Assembly: GCA_030141605.1 (NCBI GenBank)
Contig: JAQGDQ010000039.1
Location: forward strand, 434,001-498,000
Length of the DNA stretch: 64,000 nucleotides
From: Tubiluchus corallicola
Taxonomy: Eukaryota > Animalia > Priapulida
Reading direction: 5' to 3'
The notes under the pieces are model-generated. The model searched no databases. It was not told the origin of the DNA and saw only the letters and a program-made list of their open reading frames with translations. Positions 12,801 through 26,100 of the stretch are shown piece by piece. Within the stretch, counting starts at the first letter, position 1. The number at the start of each line of letters is the position of its first letter. The position numbers and the translations under genes were made by a program.

Positions 12801-15800
12801 TATAATACCAAAGCAGCAAAAAGTCACATACCGCAGACTTTTTGGCACCACTGACCCTGGTACTTCCAGGCTTGTTTCTAGACTGACTGGCAGTGTGTTA
12901 GTGGGAAATGGGGATTAAACAAAGCTTAAATTATGTTCACTGATGAAAAGAAAACCAATGTAGAGACTACAAGTGCCACGTAATTGCTGTTTTACAGTAG
13001 AAATAACATACTAGGAGTTGTGAGCAATGGATAGTAGAAAATACGCTTGATACGGAAAAATGTTTTGGTCCCTTGAAAATCGTATTGTAGGGATTCGACT
13101 GTACTTTAATTACGTATATGTGGGATCTGTCCACGTATGCATGTAACAGCCCAACTTTTTGCATGAAAATCTATTTTTCAAAACAGAAGTTCCCACCAGA
13201 AAGGAATCTTTGGCCTATTATTAATATTATGGATTTTGTGCCAGAAATTATGCTCACAACTAAATTCTAGTTTCTCTGCAATTTGCTATCATGCTATGAA
13301 GAAAGAATTAAGTGCTTGTTGACGTAGGCCCACGAGCATAGGGGCTGTATGCTATTCTATGTATATTGTGACTTCCTGTCATTAAAAAATACAGTGCTGT
13401 GCTATACTGGAGATACCATTGCAATAAATATGTTTAATTTTATCGACCATTTACACTTTTGTTCCTGTCCGTGGTAGAGGCCCCAGTGCACTGCTTTCAC
13501 TGGGGCTTATAATGCTGTTAAAACAGTCCTGTCATGGGCGTAATGGCTTCTATTATTTTAGTAACCTAAACAAGATTTCTTCCAAATTGCACACTTAAGT
13601 TGCATTTAAGTCTTGCAGATTGTATTTTTGCATGACGAATTACATTTTAAATTAATTTACCACATTTTAGGCTTTGGTTGATCACAGCGCAAATGTGAAC
13701 GTGGAAGATGAAGAAGGTGATAGAGCACTCCATCTAGCATTGGCCAGACAAAGTACAGTTCAAGAATTAGAAAATGCTCCAGCTATTTCTCTCGTGAGTA
13801 CAGCATTGTTTTGTTTTTATGATCGCATATCGTAGTATAGTAAATTACCTGTTTGTTTTGTAAGTGGTACATTATACAAATAATGCCCTGTTTGGGAGCA
13901 GAAGTGCATTTATGACTCCGCGGAGATTGTCATATTCTGTACTCTTTCCGTGGCCATAGGCGCTGTTTCAATGTGGCACTGTTTTGACAAATTGTAAAAT
14001 TTATCAGAGAACAGATGTATAATATCTCATACGGGTTTGATGCCAGTAATAGGCCCAGTCGAGTCACTTTGCTCTAGAATGCCATCTGAAGACCTAGAGT
14101 AAAACACTGTTAAATTGACTTTGTGGCAATTTGTCACAGTATGGTTGCTAAACAAAAACTGATGTTCATGTAAAATTAGTAACAATTGAATAGAGTAACC
14201 TATAAAATGATATAATGAGTTACCGTAAACTGCTACAATTGTTACATAATAACAGATAAATATTTAGTAATATGATAGTATTAGATTTCTAGTTATGTCT
14301 TTTTTAAAACTCCAGTGTTTAAAGGAGACCAAAGGTGCTGTACTACATTTTCACTGAACTTCGCATGCTAATTCTTGTGTGCATTAGTGTTGGTATCGTG
14401 TTTCTTTGTGTAAAAAATTTGCACCTGTTGTTTAACTAGTACAAAGAAGTCACATAACAAAAACTCATTTTGGTTCTTTGTGGCATCACATGTTAATGTT
14501 TATGTAAATTTGTTTAACTTCTGTAATATGCTTTAGGAAATCGGTTCTCATTTTGCATCATGCATAGGTTTGTCTAACCTGTGTATGGAAACTGCATTAT
14601 TTTTAATTATTCATAATTTTAGTTTCAACATTTTTAACAATGATCAAATAAAGCCACATTAATGAATTTTGAAATAAAACTTTCTCGTAAGAAAGGAAAT
14701 GTGAAAGTCGGAAAACAGCTTGGATTTGAACCAAGGACACTCGCTTGCAAAACGAGCATTATGACCAGTACACTACTATGTGCAAGTGATTATTCTAGAT
14801 TATGCTATTACTGTACTATTGTTAATGCCGAAATGCAATGTGCATGTTTTAGCATCTTACGACATGGTACTACATAAGACCTGTTTATTATTATCCTATG
14901 ACCATGTACATGATTTGCTCATAACCCATGGGTCTGCTCAAATTTCTCTCTAACAGATCTTGGGAGAGCTGGAGACTCGAGGGATGGGCAGAAATATCGG
15001 CATAGCCATGGCTTGCTATTTAACTGAACACGGTGCTAGTCTGACATACAAAAACAAGGAAGGGAAGACTCCATTGGAATTTGTGAAGAATACTCAGATT
15101 GAAGATGTGCTCTGCCACTATTTTGCCATAGCACAAAGAAAAAGGTATGGTAAATAGTGTTGTAGTTTGTTTTTGTACCTGTTTTTATACAACTTCGTAA
15201 CTAGAATGCAACTTCGTAACAATGCATTTTAGTGCTGTGAATCCCCGTTTAACGATGTTTTGCTTTAAGGACGACTTTTTTGCTTTATACCTAATTTGAA
15301 AGAATAAAACTTTACCGATTCTGTAGGCCTATTTGTGATTTACTCTATCTGACAAGAAACTTTATTATTATAAGGGAATTCTGCCTATATTTTTTTGCTG
15401 TAACGATCAGTGAATGGGTGAAATTATAGCCCCAAGGCAAGGTTTGCCAGGTCCCCTGAGGTTTCACTGTCACTGTGCTTACTGTCTAACTTCGTGGGCC
15501 TTCAAATAAATAGTTGATGGGTCGTGGCTGAAAGAAGAACTGGTAGGTACAAGGAAAAATGATTCCAAAGAAATTAACAGCAAGAAATATACTTAAAATT
15601 CTTGATACAGTTAATCTGTCTGAATTAAGCATTATTGGTTTTTGCCCTGGAACATGAATTGATCTGGAAGTCATGGTTTCGTTTATCGATAATTCGCTTA
15701 ACATTTTGTATTAACGAGGGCTTACTTTTTATGATTATTATTGTTTTTTAATCAGTTTCTTGTTTCAAAACTATATTTTTCACAGTACATAGATATTAGT

Positions 15801-17235
15801 ATTCTTAAAAACTGTAACATACAAGGATGAATCTTCTCATTGTTTTGCATTTGCAGTGCTCAGTTAAAAGAGCCAACAGAAGCATCGGCCGAAATGAGTC
15901 AAGAACCTTTGTGTGTAATCTGTGAGGAGTGTCCACGTTCAGTCATTTTCAAACCATGCAGACACGTTGTCGCTTGTGTAGAATGCTGCATTCGCATGAA
16001 AAAGTGCATCACTTGTCAGATGCCAATCACTCAAAAACTGGACACAGGTCTGTAGTTAGTCCTTAAATAGAGTAATTCATTCGTTTTAACAATATAACTA
16101 AAAGTAGAAGTAATTAATTGCAACAAGGTTTATTAGCAATAATAATATTTTGGCAAACCATTGCCAGAGGCAGAGTAACCCCATTAGGCTAATAAGGTTG
16201 TAGCCTGGGCCTTGAATTTTGATAGACTCCTGGAGTCCTGAGACCCATGGCCAATTAAACAGAGATAATTCTGTTTAGCAAACAGGATAACACACTTATT
16301 TAAATTAAGCATGCTAAAGAGGAGTAAATTTATTTTTCTTTTTTTTGTTCATTGCTAGTAAGGACTTGACCATATATCGAATACAAAATTCCACGCATTT
16401 GTGCACAAGTAGTCTTGGTTACATAGGTCATTTGGATACAGAGGCAATTTAGACAAAAGAATTCGAACAATTACACCTGTAAGATTAAAATAGGACATTT
16501 AGACGTGTGCTGCATACTTCTCATTATCCAGTGTTTTAGAATCGTCATTAGAGGTAGCTTCAATGACGAGCTGCAACTCACACTTTAGTCAACCCGGGCA
16601 AAAAGGGTCTACAAACAAAATTATTCCCATTTATTACAAGTAACGGCAAAGGCTTTTGATAAGTCTATACAAAAACGGAATAACAGCTCACTAACATTTT
16701 TAATAGTTTCTGGGAAATTTGATGACAATCTGACCTGTGCACTAGTCTAATTTTTATTTTAAGCAAATATTTCAACTAGCTTAAGCCAAACTTAACAATT
16801 GCATCACAGGAATTGAAAATTTTAGCTGCAGACAGCAAACAGTTAAGTGCTCTAATAATAAAGGATAGAGGCTCGATATCTACAATAGATGTTTAGAGCA
16901 ACAGAAGACGAAGAGGAAAAAAACGGGATTGATTAAATTTCTAATTGTAATTGAAATTAAGCAAAAATTTTCGACATACAAGTAATACAGCATTTTCTGC
17001 TACAGCTGGCAAGCCATTGAATGTACAACAGAGGAACGTGACAGAGAGACAAATAAACGATCTTGTTACTCGCATGCAGGAAATGGAGGAAGTGATAGTC
17101 TGCTCCATCTGTATGGAACGGAAGCGGAATGTGGCTTTCATGTGCGGACATGCCGCCTGTCAACCTTGTGCACGAACTTTGAAAACTTGCCACATGTGTC
17201 GAGAGCGCATCACAAAGCGCATAAACTTGTACTGA
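882..17235 (+). CDS. MIB2: E3 ubiquitin ligase mind bomb 2 (5'-partial, 17 exons in window)
   Basis: GT-AG exons splice in frame: 882-1053, 1911-2017, 2764-2958, 3675-3820, 5300-5410, 5588-5692, 6121-6289, 7743-7876, 8525-8673, 9281-9437, 11154-11308, 11955-12081, 12203-12289, 13671-13793, 14957-15144, 15857-16047, 17006-17235 (TGA). Domains: ZZ finger ([27 protein letters not shown]), Mib/Herc2 ([26 protein letters not shown]), Mib repeats ([11 protein letters not shown]), ankyrin repeats, and two RINGs (MIB2 has two, MIB1 three). The first Mib/Herc2 exon lies upstream of the window. Confidence 0.95.
1335..1610 (-). mobile_element. SINE-like interspersed repeat, copy A
   Basis: Core TTATCAAAGATATCCCTTTAAGATGAGGCACTGAACCAGCTGAGGTGT and flanking motifs (ATTCAATGGCAGG, GCGGCAGCC..ACCACTCA) match the copy at 25540-25732. 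SINE class and strand are inferred. Confidence 0.55.
4142..4561. repeat. 210-bp direct tandem duplication (2 copies)
   Basis: 4142-4351 and 4352-4561 are identical except C4221/T4431. Confidence 0.95.
6411..7071. mobile_element. Putative non-autonomous DNA element with imperfect terminal inverted repeats
   Basis: TTCTCATATCCTGC (6430-6443) and GCAGGGTATGAGAA (7040-7053) are a 13/14 inverted match with weaker similarity outward. No TSD recognised. Confidence 0.4.
9748..10543 (+). mobile_element. DINE-1/HINE-like (Helentron-associated) non-autonomous element
   Basis: Starts in a T-rich site, has an internal (GTCT)n at 9806-9828 followed by TGAAATTTGGT, the layout typical of HINEs. The right boundary is uncertain. 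Confidence 0.45.
10896..10960. repeat. 33-bp tandem repeat (2 copies)
   Basis: TCACAGTTTTATTTTTGAAACTTTCTAACATT(A) x2. Confidence 0.9.
12318..13101 (+). mobile_element. Tc1/mariner (pogo/Tigger-like) MITE family 1, older copy
   Basis: Left part (GGCTTATAACGAAACTCTC.GTAGTAC.ATG) and right end GGATTCGACTG|TA match the element at 18357-18833. Left TIR is decayed. Confidence 0.7.
14712..14783 (-). pseudogene. tRNA-Ala(TGC)-like pseudogene or tRNA-derived SINE head
   Basis: Minus strand has A-box TAGTGTACTGG, anticodon arm CTCGT-TTTGCAA-GCGAG and T arm CTTGG-TTCAAAT-CCAAG. The acceptor stem has mismatches, so it is not called functional. Confidence 0.6.
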
Positions 17236-17394
17236 AAAACTTCAGCGTCATGTCAGAACGCACGTTTGTGATCAGTGTAATGCATTATGTGGCAAATAAA
17301 TTTCCATTGGATCATGTGTCTGCAAATGGAAAAGTATAAACAGTCTCGTGACTGCACCACACAACATGTAAATATCGAATGCTATACAGACTTA

Positions 17395-18026
17395 CAGTAG
17401 TCGCCGCTTAATAGACTCACGGCTAATAGACTCAATCGCTCAATTGACTCAAAAATGCCTGGAGCGGGCCGCTTCTATTCAAATATACATAAAAACTATC
17501 GGTAATTGAGTCAAGTAACTTCACTTAATTGACTCAATATTTTTCCTTCACGAAAATAAGACATTTGTATGTGCCCAAACAGCCTTTCCTACTTTTATGT
17601 CATCTTTACTTCCCTTTTGTGCACTACATATGTAGAAACAATCATGATAAGTACCGTTTTGTTTGTAAACAAGTACGTTTATAATGCGCTAATACGCTAG
17701 CATAGCGGTTTTGCTTTAAATCTGTTACCCGCTTGCCCACTGCAGTTAACCTCGTTACCCAAAGAATTTCTGGAAGCTAAACTTGCCTAGCGGTTTCCTT
17801 TTGATGCTCTAGTTGCAAATCATGCTTTCGGGCTGAATGAGTTAATAGTCAAAGATGCAGGTACAGTAATCAGCCAGTATTCCTTACAAGAGTAAACATC
17901 AGACAGCAAATAAAGGCATAGAGTTAAGCAGTTTGAAAAATGGAGCATAAGCGTAAAGATATAACAGTTAAGGAGAAACTGAAAATTTAGAGCAGTACGA
18001 TAAACTTCCAAAGACGGCGACTACTG
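17395..18026 (+). mobile_element. Internally deleted pogo/Tigger-like DNA transposon
   Basis: TA|CAGTAGTCGCCG ... CGGCGACTACTG|TA (12-bp perfect TIR, TA TSD); subterminal AATWGACTCA repeats; frameshifted transposase-like start MEHKRKDITVKEKLKI/LEQYDKLPK from 17940. Confidence 0.85.
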
Positions 18027-18356
18027 TATTTCAATTTTCCAAGATGCCTGTGAACAGCAGTGAGAAATGGGAATGGAGTTGGTGTATATGAACTAGCATG
18101 CTAAAATCCTTGTGATGACCAGAACTGTTTAATGCATGCATGGTGCACGTCAAAAGGAGTGTTGCTTTTCCGTAGTCTATGAAAAAAAGGGAAAACGTTT
18201 ATAATTTTGCACCTCTTTGTAAAATACTCATACTTGGCTGACTTTTGTCAGTTACACCCCTGTTTTCTAACAAATCTCAGTTTTATTTTTTATTAATAGT
18301 CTAACTAAACAGTGTATAGTAAGAATGTGCAATTAGTTTAACAATATTGTTTATTA

Positions 18357-18833
18357 CAGTCGAATCCCGGTAAAATGATTCGGCTTATAACAAAACTCTC
18401 AGTAGTACAATGGTTTCATGTCTCTGCCAAATTTATAATAAAACCTATGTAATCATGTGTGGTTATTACAAAACTCGTTATTACGAAACGCCCGTTTGTA
18501 CGGTTTTCCCAAAGTCCCGCCAATATAATTTCAATGTGATTATTGATTAATGACTTTTCTAAAATGTTTGTAATTTAAGCTGTCTGCCCCATCTAAACAT
18601 TCTTCACCTGTTGCCATGGTGACCTATAGTTGATTGTTTTACTACACGAACAAGCTGGGCATTATAATTAATCAGTTTAAAAAACTAACTTGAAATAAAA
18701 TAATAAGAAAATCAGTCTCTCTCTCTCTCTCTCCCACTCATAATAAATACGCACGTAATGGATAGTACGAAACATGCTTAATAGGAAAAAAATATTTTGA
18801 TTCTTTGAAAATTTAATTACCAGGATTCGACTG
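18357..18833 (+). mobile_element. Tc1/mariner (pogo/Tigger-like) MITE family 1
   Basis: TA|CAGTCGAATCC ... GGATTCGACTG|TA; homologous to 12318-13101. Confidence 0.85.
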
Positions 18834-21800
18834 TATAAGCAAGTATAATCTCATTGTACCGCACCACTTACTAAATGACAGTGCAAATATAATGTGCTAA
18901 AATTAGCAACCAATTGTCATTTTGGCTATTATATAGGCCTACTATTGTACTATTTTTGTGATATACATGTACTTAAATGTCTTTCCAAAGTGTAAATTAT
19001 TATAGCTACATGTTGCTAATGTCTAAACAGTTTGCCCGATAATGTAAAGTATAAACCAGCAGAAATAAGCATTTGCTTCAATGGGGGTTTAAAAATCAAG
19101 ATAATTTGCAAAATCTGATACTAGAAGTTGGATATAGTAATGAAACTGTGTTACATTTGTAAAGCAAAGCTCGTTTGGATTATAATTTATTGCATAGATG
19201 TAATACTCAATTTGTTGAATGGATTATTAGTGTATCAGTTTTTTGTGCATTGATATCACAATTTACTAATCGTGAGTTGACAAATTTGTTACTTCCTAAT
19301 AAAGTCATTTAAATTTTCTTCTTAGCTAAATAGTTATAAATCATGATCAACATATTTAAGCTATTTTCTTAACCGAGTTCATTCGTGTATAAATGCTATT
19401 TGTACTTATCCAAAGATCGTGTTTCAAAATTTCCATATTATTTTGTACACATGTAAATAATGACCCAGTAACACTTACCATTTATAATGCTTAACATTTA
19501 ATCAAGTGTTATTATTTGTAATATTAACATTTTTGTAAAACTAATCATGAAGTTAAAAAAATAAAAATTTCAATCTTTCAGTTGAGCCTGTCATGTTTTT
19601 ATGCACATTGTTATCTCCGCGTTTACTGCAGCTTGTTTAAGGCATATGGAGCAAGCCGTAATCTGTAAACCGTGAGTTATATGATATCCATAAACATATG
19701 ATATCCTTCATTTTCCATGTGGCGTATATCATACATCGCGGTATGCTTCTTACTCTGTGTAAATAGTAAGGCACTTTGCCATAAACCGTTTTGACAATGC
19801 ACATATTTAATTGCACTACTAGTGAAATGTTGTGCTTAAAAATTACGTTTTAACGTTTATGAGACCATTCTGTTAGGAATTCTTCTGACATAAATAAAAT
19901 GCACGCTGTAAAAACCACAAATGTATTAATTGCCGCATTAGCGATGACCCAAAATACCTTACATGGCAAATGAAATTAAGGGCCAAATTCATTGTGCAAT
20001 AAGGCGCCTTATGAACCACTCAAAATGGCTTGCGAGGAAGCTACCACTGATTATGGCTGATGGCTTACGGTAGTCAAACAGTAACAGGGATCATTGTGAC
20101 GTAACGTGTGACAGGCCCCATTGGTTAGCATATGTTCATTTTACGTGAGGCGGCTTTTTCTCCTCATACCTTACGGATTATGTCCAGCTCTGTGTGGCAT
20201 GGGCCTAAATGTGAATTAAAAGCCACGAGGAGCAGTATAGATCAAATGTCCAGCAAAGATCTTAAAATGTGAATGCTAATATTCTTCAAGAAACAGTCCT
20301 TGGAACCAGACCTGAGAATCTTTCCATTTTCTGAAGCCATCTTTTATTAAAAGTTTCTATTAAAAATAAATAGCACAAAATGAATTTACAGTTCAGGAGA
20401 AAATGCAGCCAGGAGGCTGAAACAATTGGCAAAACGCCCACTATGCAAGGTATTGTTTAAAACAACTATAAGTTAATGAAAAAGCTAAAAAGAGCAAACT
20501 TGCTGAACATCTCTTTGCAGCCTGTGGCATAAAATAAATCAGCATGAATGAAATTATGCGAATACTTTATACATGATTAATTGTACACCTAACTGAATTA
20601 ACCGTCTGCACTTCGCTGTTGCTCAAGACTCAAGTATAATACTTTCCTGTTCGTGCATTCAATTTTAGGCCACTAAGATAAAATTTTATTACAGCTTTGA
20701 ATTAAAACAAATAAAATGCATAAAAGAATGTGATATTCTGTCCATAAATGTTGAACTTTATTAGCTGTAGTACAGAAACTAGAACCATGGACATTTTCTG
20801 TTTTTTTTCAAAATGTTTATGGTTAGATCATAAGGAAATGTTGATTACAGCCAAGTTTGCATTTCTATTAGATTTAGCAAAATTTATTAAAATATTACAA
20901 GGAATAATTTTTTATCACTATCATATAATATAAACAACAGTCATACATTCTGAACTTAACCAATAACAATATGCAAAATAAGAAACAGTGACATACATAT
21001 ATGAAAATAAACAAAACAAACTAGGGCTAAAAAAACGAGAGACCATTTAAGAAAATACTAATACTTTGACCAGTAAAATTTAGTTTCTTTTTTATAATAT
21101 TAATATTGATTACCCCTTCTTAGTCGAGATTTAGGTCATATCAAAATAGGGAGTTTGTCGCCCAAAAATGGGCTTCGATCGAACTTGTTTCAAGGCAGAG
21201 ACTTGTTCGAATTTTCTCAATATAACAAACATCTTAACTTAATTCAAACTCTGTTTTGCAGTAATGCCTCAAACTTTGCAAAGTAAATTACATTACACAC
21301 TTCATTCTATCGTCAGATAAAAGTATGGTATATAAATATGTACAGTACTTAATAACGTACAAGTTTTTGGAATTTTAATGTGAAATTAATGGCAAAAAGA
21401 CAAGACGAAACAGAAAACGTTTTTGCAATTGATCTAATGAGAATAAGACAGTAAAAGTACAAACATGTGATTAAACAGCGGGATACAAGTACTGACATTC
21501 TGTTGAACCTATATGTAATATAAATGAAGTAATTTAGTACAAGTGTGTATGGCTAAATATGTACAGCTAGAGGAATTTTATTCAATGTATGATTTGTAAA
21601 AGCGAGTAACACCGAGTTTTGTATGAAATTCAGTACGCTTGAAGAATAGTAAAGTATTTATTTTATTTTATTACATCACGCATATTTATTTCATTTTATG
21701 CCCACAACTAACTGTAGCTTGTTGCTACTCATAAAATTTCCACAAAAATCGAATAATAAGAGAATCAATATTTAGTAAAATTATAAAAGGCATGAAAATT

Positions 21801-23108
21801 TAACATAATTTTCACAATTTTGATTTTTGTCAAGATATTTTCACGTTAAGGTCTACGTCCAATTGATAAGACGTGAATCTGCAAGTGGAGAAGGAACTTA
21901 CTTCTGTCAATGTCTTCAGTTGTAACTCAGTACCTCAGCAGTAATATAACATAGAAGTGCAAAATAGTTAATTTGAAACGAAACCCCCACTATAATATAC
22001 GCTTTTACAACTTAAAATCCTATTCTCATTACAATTAATCAATTTATTTTATTATAAATTTAGTGTAAAACTTGTTTCATTTGACTTCACTTCGTTGTTG
22101 GCGGTGTTAAATTTGAAGAACTGCCACTTTTTGTTGCACGAGATGAATAATATTATGAGGTCACCAAATCAGGAAACACGCATCCGTAACAAAAGAAGTT
22201 AAGAAACCCTTTCTGCACTACATACGTCATTCTCGCTTGCTCGCATTTAAGACGAGAAACACTGATCTTTACGGCAATGCAAGCATTCGATATTCGCCAA
22301 GAAAAGGTGAGTTATTTAATTTATAAGTTAAGTTTCTTTTGTTTAATAATAAAAATTAATTCTTTGTGTAATCATAATAATGTGTTAAAAAAACTTCAAT
22401 GTCTCTTGGTGTTATATAGGCCTTTAAGTTCAGAGAACGAAAACAAGGATGAAAATTGATTTGAATATTTCTTCATTTTTCCTCGTACGAGTAAACTAAA
22501 TAAATATGCGTCCGAAATCAGGAAAAGGTATTACATATATAAGTGCAGCTATGCTAATCGCACAACTCAGTCAGTAACAAATTAAAGTGAGAAGCTGTGG
22601 ATAATATTATATCATGATCTACGACTTATTTGTTAAAACCTTAATCTATCACATTAGTCAGGCAACTAACCATCAAATTCACTTTTAATTCTTATCACCT
22701 TAATAGTTAATAAACCACAAGTATCCATGCACCCGTTATAATGTTAGTATAATAATCTTATAGCAGAAATTATGTCGGTATCACATATATTGTGATATAT
22801 GTTGTAATAGTCGGCGACTCAAAAAGTAAATGGCAGGAGGTTGGATATCAAAAATTTAAAAATTAAAACAACGTTCACCTACAGTTTATCACACAAAATC
22901 AATTTTCTATTCCTGTATCCCACTTATTTTTACACAAATCACATTTACGATATCAAAATTGCAATAGAATAATTTTCTTCATCAAAAATTTGCCAATACA
23001 GATGTATTTCTGTGACAAAATAGTCAATTCGGATATATAAATATGTCACCACCTCGAACAACAATATAATTACAGATGCTGATCAATAGGTCAAGAAACA
23101 GCTTTACC

Positions 23109-26100
23109 TCAAGCAATGGCTTTTGCTTCTGGTAAGAATGTTTCCCAGTACTGGATCAGCTGAAAATGTAAAAATCACAGATTAGACATGCAAATGACTC
23201 AGCTTTTACTTGTGCATTTTCAGTGAGCTTAATATAACAGATTATGAGCTACTTAACTAGAAGCCTGCTACACTTCTCTGGGTTATTGAGTTAGCGGAAA
23301 AAAGAAAAATAAATCTTCAGTTACACTGGCAACTTAATTAGTGCCTTAACAACCTAATATAATAACCAAACGTCTAGCTCAAAACTTATAACTTATGACA
23401 CACATTTTTGCAGAGTAAAAAACAAAGTTTAAAATGAAATTTATTGAACTAGGCAGGATTCTGAATCTGCTTTGTTTAACTTTTATTTGGCAAACTTTTA
23501 TTTGGTGAGATACTTAATGCAATTTAGTGTTAGAACAGCACGGTAGAACTTAAAAACACTAAGAAATTTCTTACATTCGTTATATTTCGTTTTCTGCATG
23601 AACAAGATAGCTATTAAATTAGAAAAGGCAAAAGCAGATAATTATGATCCCCAAAAAGCAAATCCCTCTTCTAAGCATCAAGTTCATAAAAAACAGCATT
23701 CAAGGACTTCGAATGAACATTATTGACAACATTTAAGTTTACGAAATACATTTAACTCCTACAGGACCATAAGAGTTTGCTGCATTTTGCATGGGTTCAT
23801 GAAAAGTTGCAATTCACTAAGCAAAAATTATATTATATTTGATATCTTTTGTAGGTTTCTACTCCACACACAATGGGCTTTCACGCAAAATTACATATGA
23901 AATTCATTTGCTTACCCTAGACAAATTAAAAATGGATTTTTATGAGGAAAATTGAAAAAATGCTAACTATAGCATTTGAACCGTGACAATGTACACTTGT
24001 GTGAAATCAGCTAATGCAGAAAATTTTAACTGTCCAGACAAAACACTACACTTTAGCCTCAAGTCTCCTGTATTTTTGTAGAGAAATTGCTATTTAAAGA
24101 TGAAACGACGCTAACTCGTCTTTGGCTGACGGGTTTGTTTTTCCCGCAATAGCAGCCTAATACTGCACTGCAGACAGTTCTCTATGGCTATAGTAAGCAG
24201 GAGATAAATAAATTAGCATGTACAATCACGTAAGTGGAAACCAGACTGAGCTACTTGATAAGTTCGAGTTTGTGAAGAGGGCATGTTTTACTCAACTTTA
24301 TCCAATTAAATCACTTATAAATGCATAAACAAATAGCATGATTGGATAGCCGAGATTCTCCTGAATGGAACAGTACCGAATTTATAATCATTTAGTTACG
24401 TCTATGCTCATACAGTGGCAAAAAATTGGAAAACCTATTCTGAGTGGTACAGTGCAGAAAGAGTTAAAGGGCGGTACAGTACAAGAGATGCTGTACAGTT
24501 ACAAATTATCTTACCTCTTGTTGATCCTCCATGAGCGATTCTAGGTAGGCGGTAAGAGCAGTTTTGAAATCTTCAACTCTTTGTTTTTCAAACCTCTCCA
24601 CCTCTTTTCGTATAGTCTTTGAAATCTGTTCAAATTCAGCTTGTCCCTTCTGTACATTGTTCTCCCACTAAAACAAAATCAAAACCTTAAACTACAGGAT
24701 GTATGAAAGTGACACATTTAGCTTAGTTTGATAATGATCCTGTTAATAGAGATTAGAAAAGAAAATATACAAACGTGCACAGATGATCTCAGAAACAGCC
24801 ATCCCACAAATGATTAAAAAAAAGTTGTAATAAAAAAGAACGGATAAAAGTCTACACGTATAATCTTGCTGATTCACTCCTGTTTACAAAGAACAAGTTT
24901 TTTTCTGTAAACAATAAACATGCTCAAATATGGTGTATCGAGTAATGGCTTCTCCCCCATGCATGCAGGGTATTCAGATTAATCATGATCGCTAATCACT
25001 GTCTATCTGAAATCAGTCACAAATTCCATCTCCAGCAGAGACATCTGAGGCAGAAGAATAACATCTTCAGCAGAGACATCTGAGGCAGAAGAATAACATC
25101 TTCAGCAGAGACATACACACAAAGGCTGCCTGCTTGAAAGCTTTAAACATCATGCAATTAACAGAACCTTACCTGACGAATTTCCGTGCGTAGCTGCATG
25201 TGCACGAAAACACTCAAATTAGACTTATCAAGTTTAAACAAACGCGAAACACAGATATAATTCTTAATGACAAAAAGTCTAACAATTAATGACAGCCTCA
25301 CAATAAATGAAGACTTGACGTTTCACCTGAATAGAGTCCACAGTACCAGAGGTAGACTGAAGAATCATGCCATTCCACTTCTTTATTGTTTACTTTTTTA
25401 ATACACAGAAAACTTTTATGATGTTTACATCCCTTATTTAAAGACTAACAAACCAATAAACCATACTGACCTTTATAATTACAATAACAAGAAACTAGTA
25501 ACATCTTTCATTTCATTAACTACAATTTTTTAATATACTTCGTCACAACTCTGTATTCAAAGGCAGGCCTACTCAACAAGATCCTTGTGGCACGATCGTT
25601 ATCGAGGATATCTCTCTAAGTTGAGCCACTGAACCAACAGAGGTGTATACTATTTGTGCTAAATGCTGTCTGGAGTGAGTATGAAACCCACGGCAGCCAC
25701 ACACCACTCACGTGCACTTATCACACTCAGCATAAAACCTGCTGCAATGCATTCAAACTTGGGGCATCTTGTACTAAAAATCTGAAACATTAGTTGTGCA
25801 CCTATATATTACATTAAGGTTGAGACGGTTAGGCATATTAACTAACCGTTTAAACGTTAATTGTGGTCGGTTAAACGTATAACCGTTTCCGAAAATGTCA
25901 TACATATTCAAGACACTATATCGAATAAACATGACGAACTAACATAATGAAATTGCCTAACTCTAACCCCATTATATTATCATAGAAATTCACTTAGTGT
26001 GTCTTCAGTACGCAAATAAATTATGAATTCTCTTGAAGTTTTGAAATAAAGAAATACTTGAGATGCAATTACCCCCTCCAAGTCATGCCATGTTTACTCA

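Noticed and set aside
15486-15725. Extra MIB2 exon (third RING) between exons 15 and 16
   Set aside because: Stops in frame, no Cys pattern, ends like a MITE terminus; exons 15 and 16 join in phase without it.
23101-23111. Donor-like AG|GTAAAG one base after the SNX stop codon (3'UTR intron)
   Set aside because: No matching downstream acceptor or exon could be identified; may be chance.
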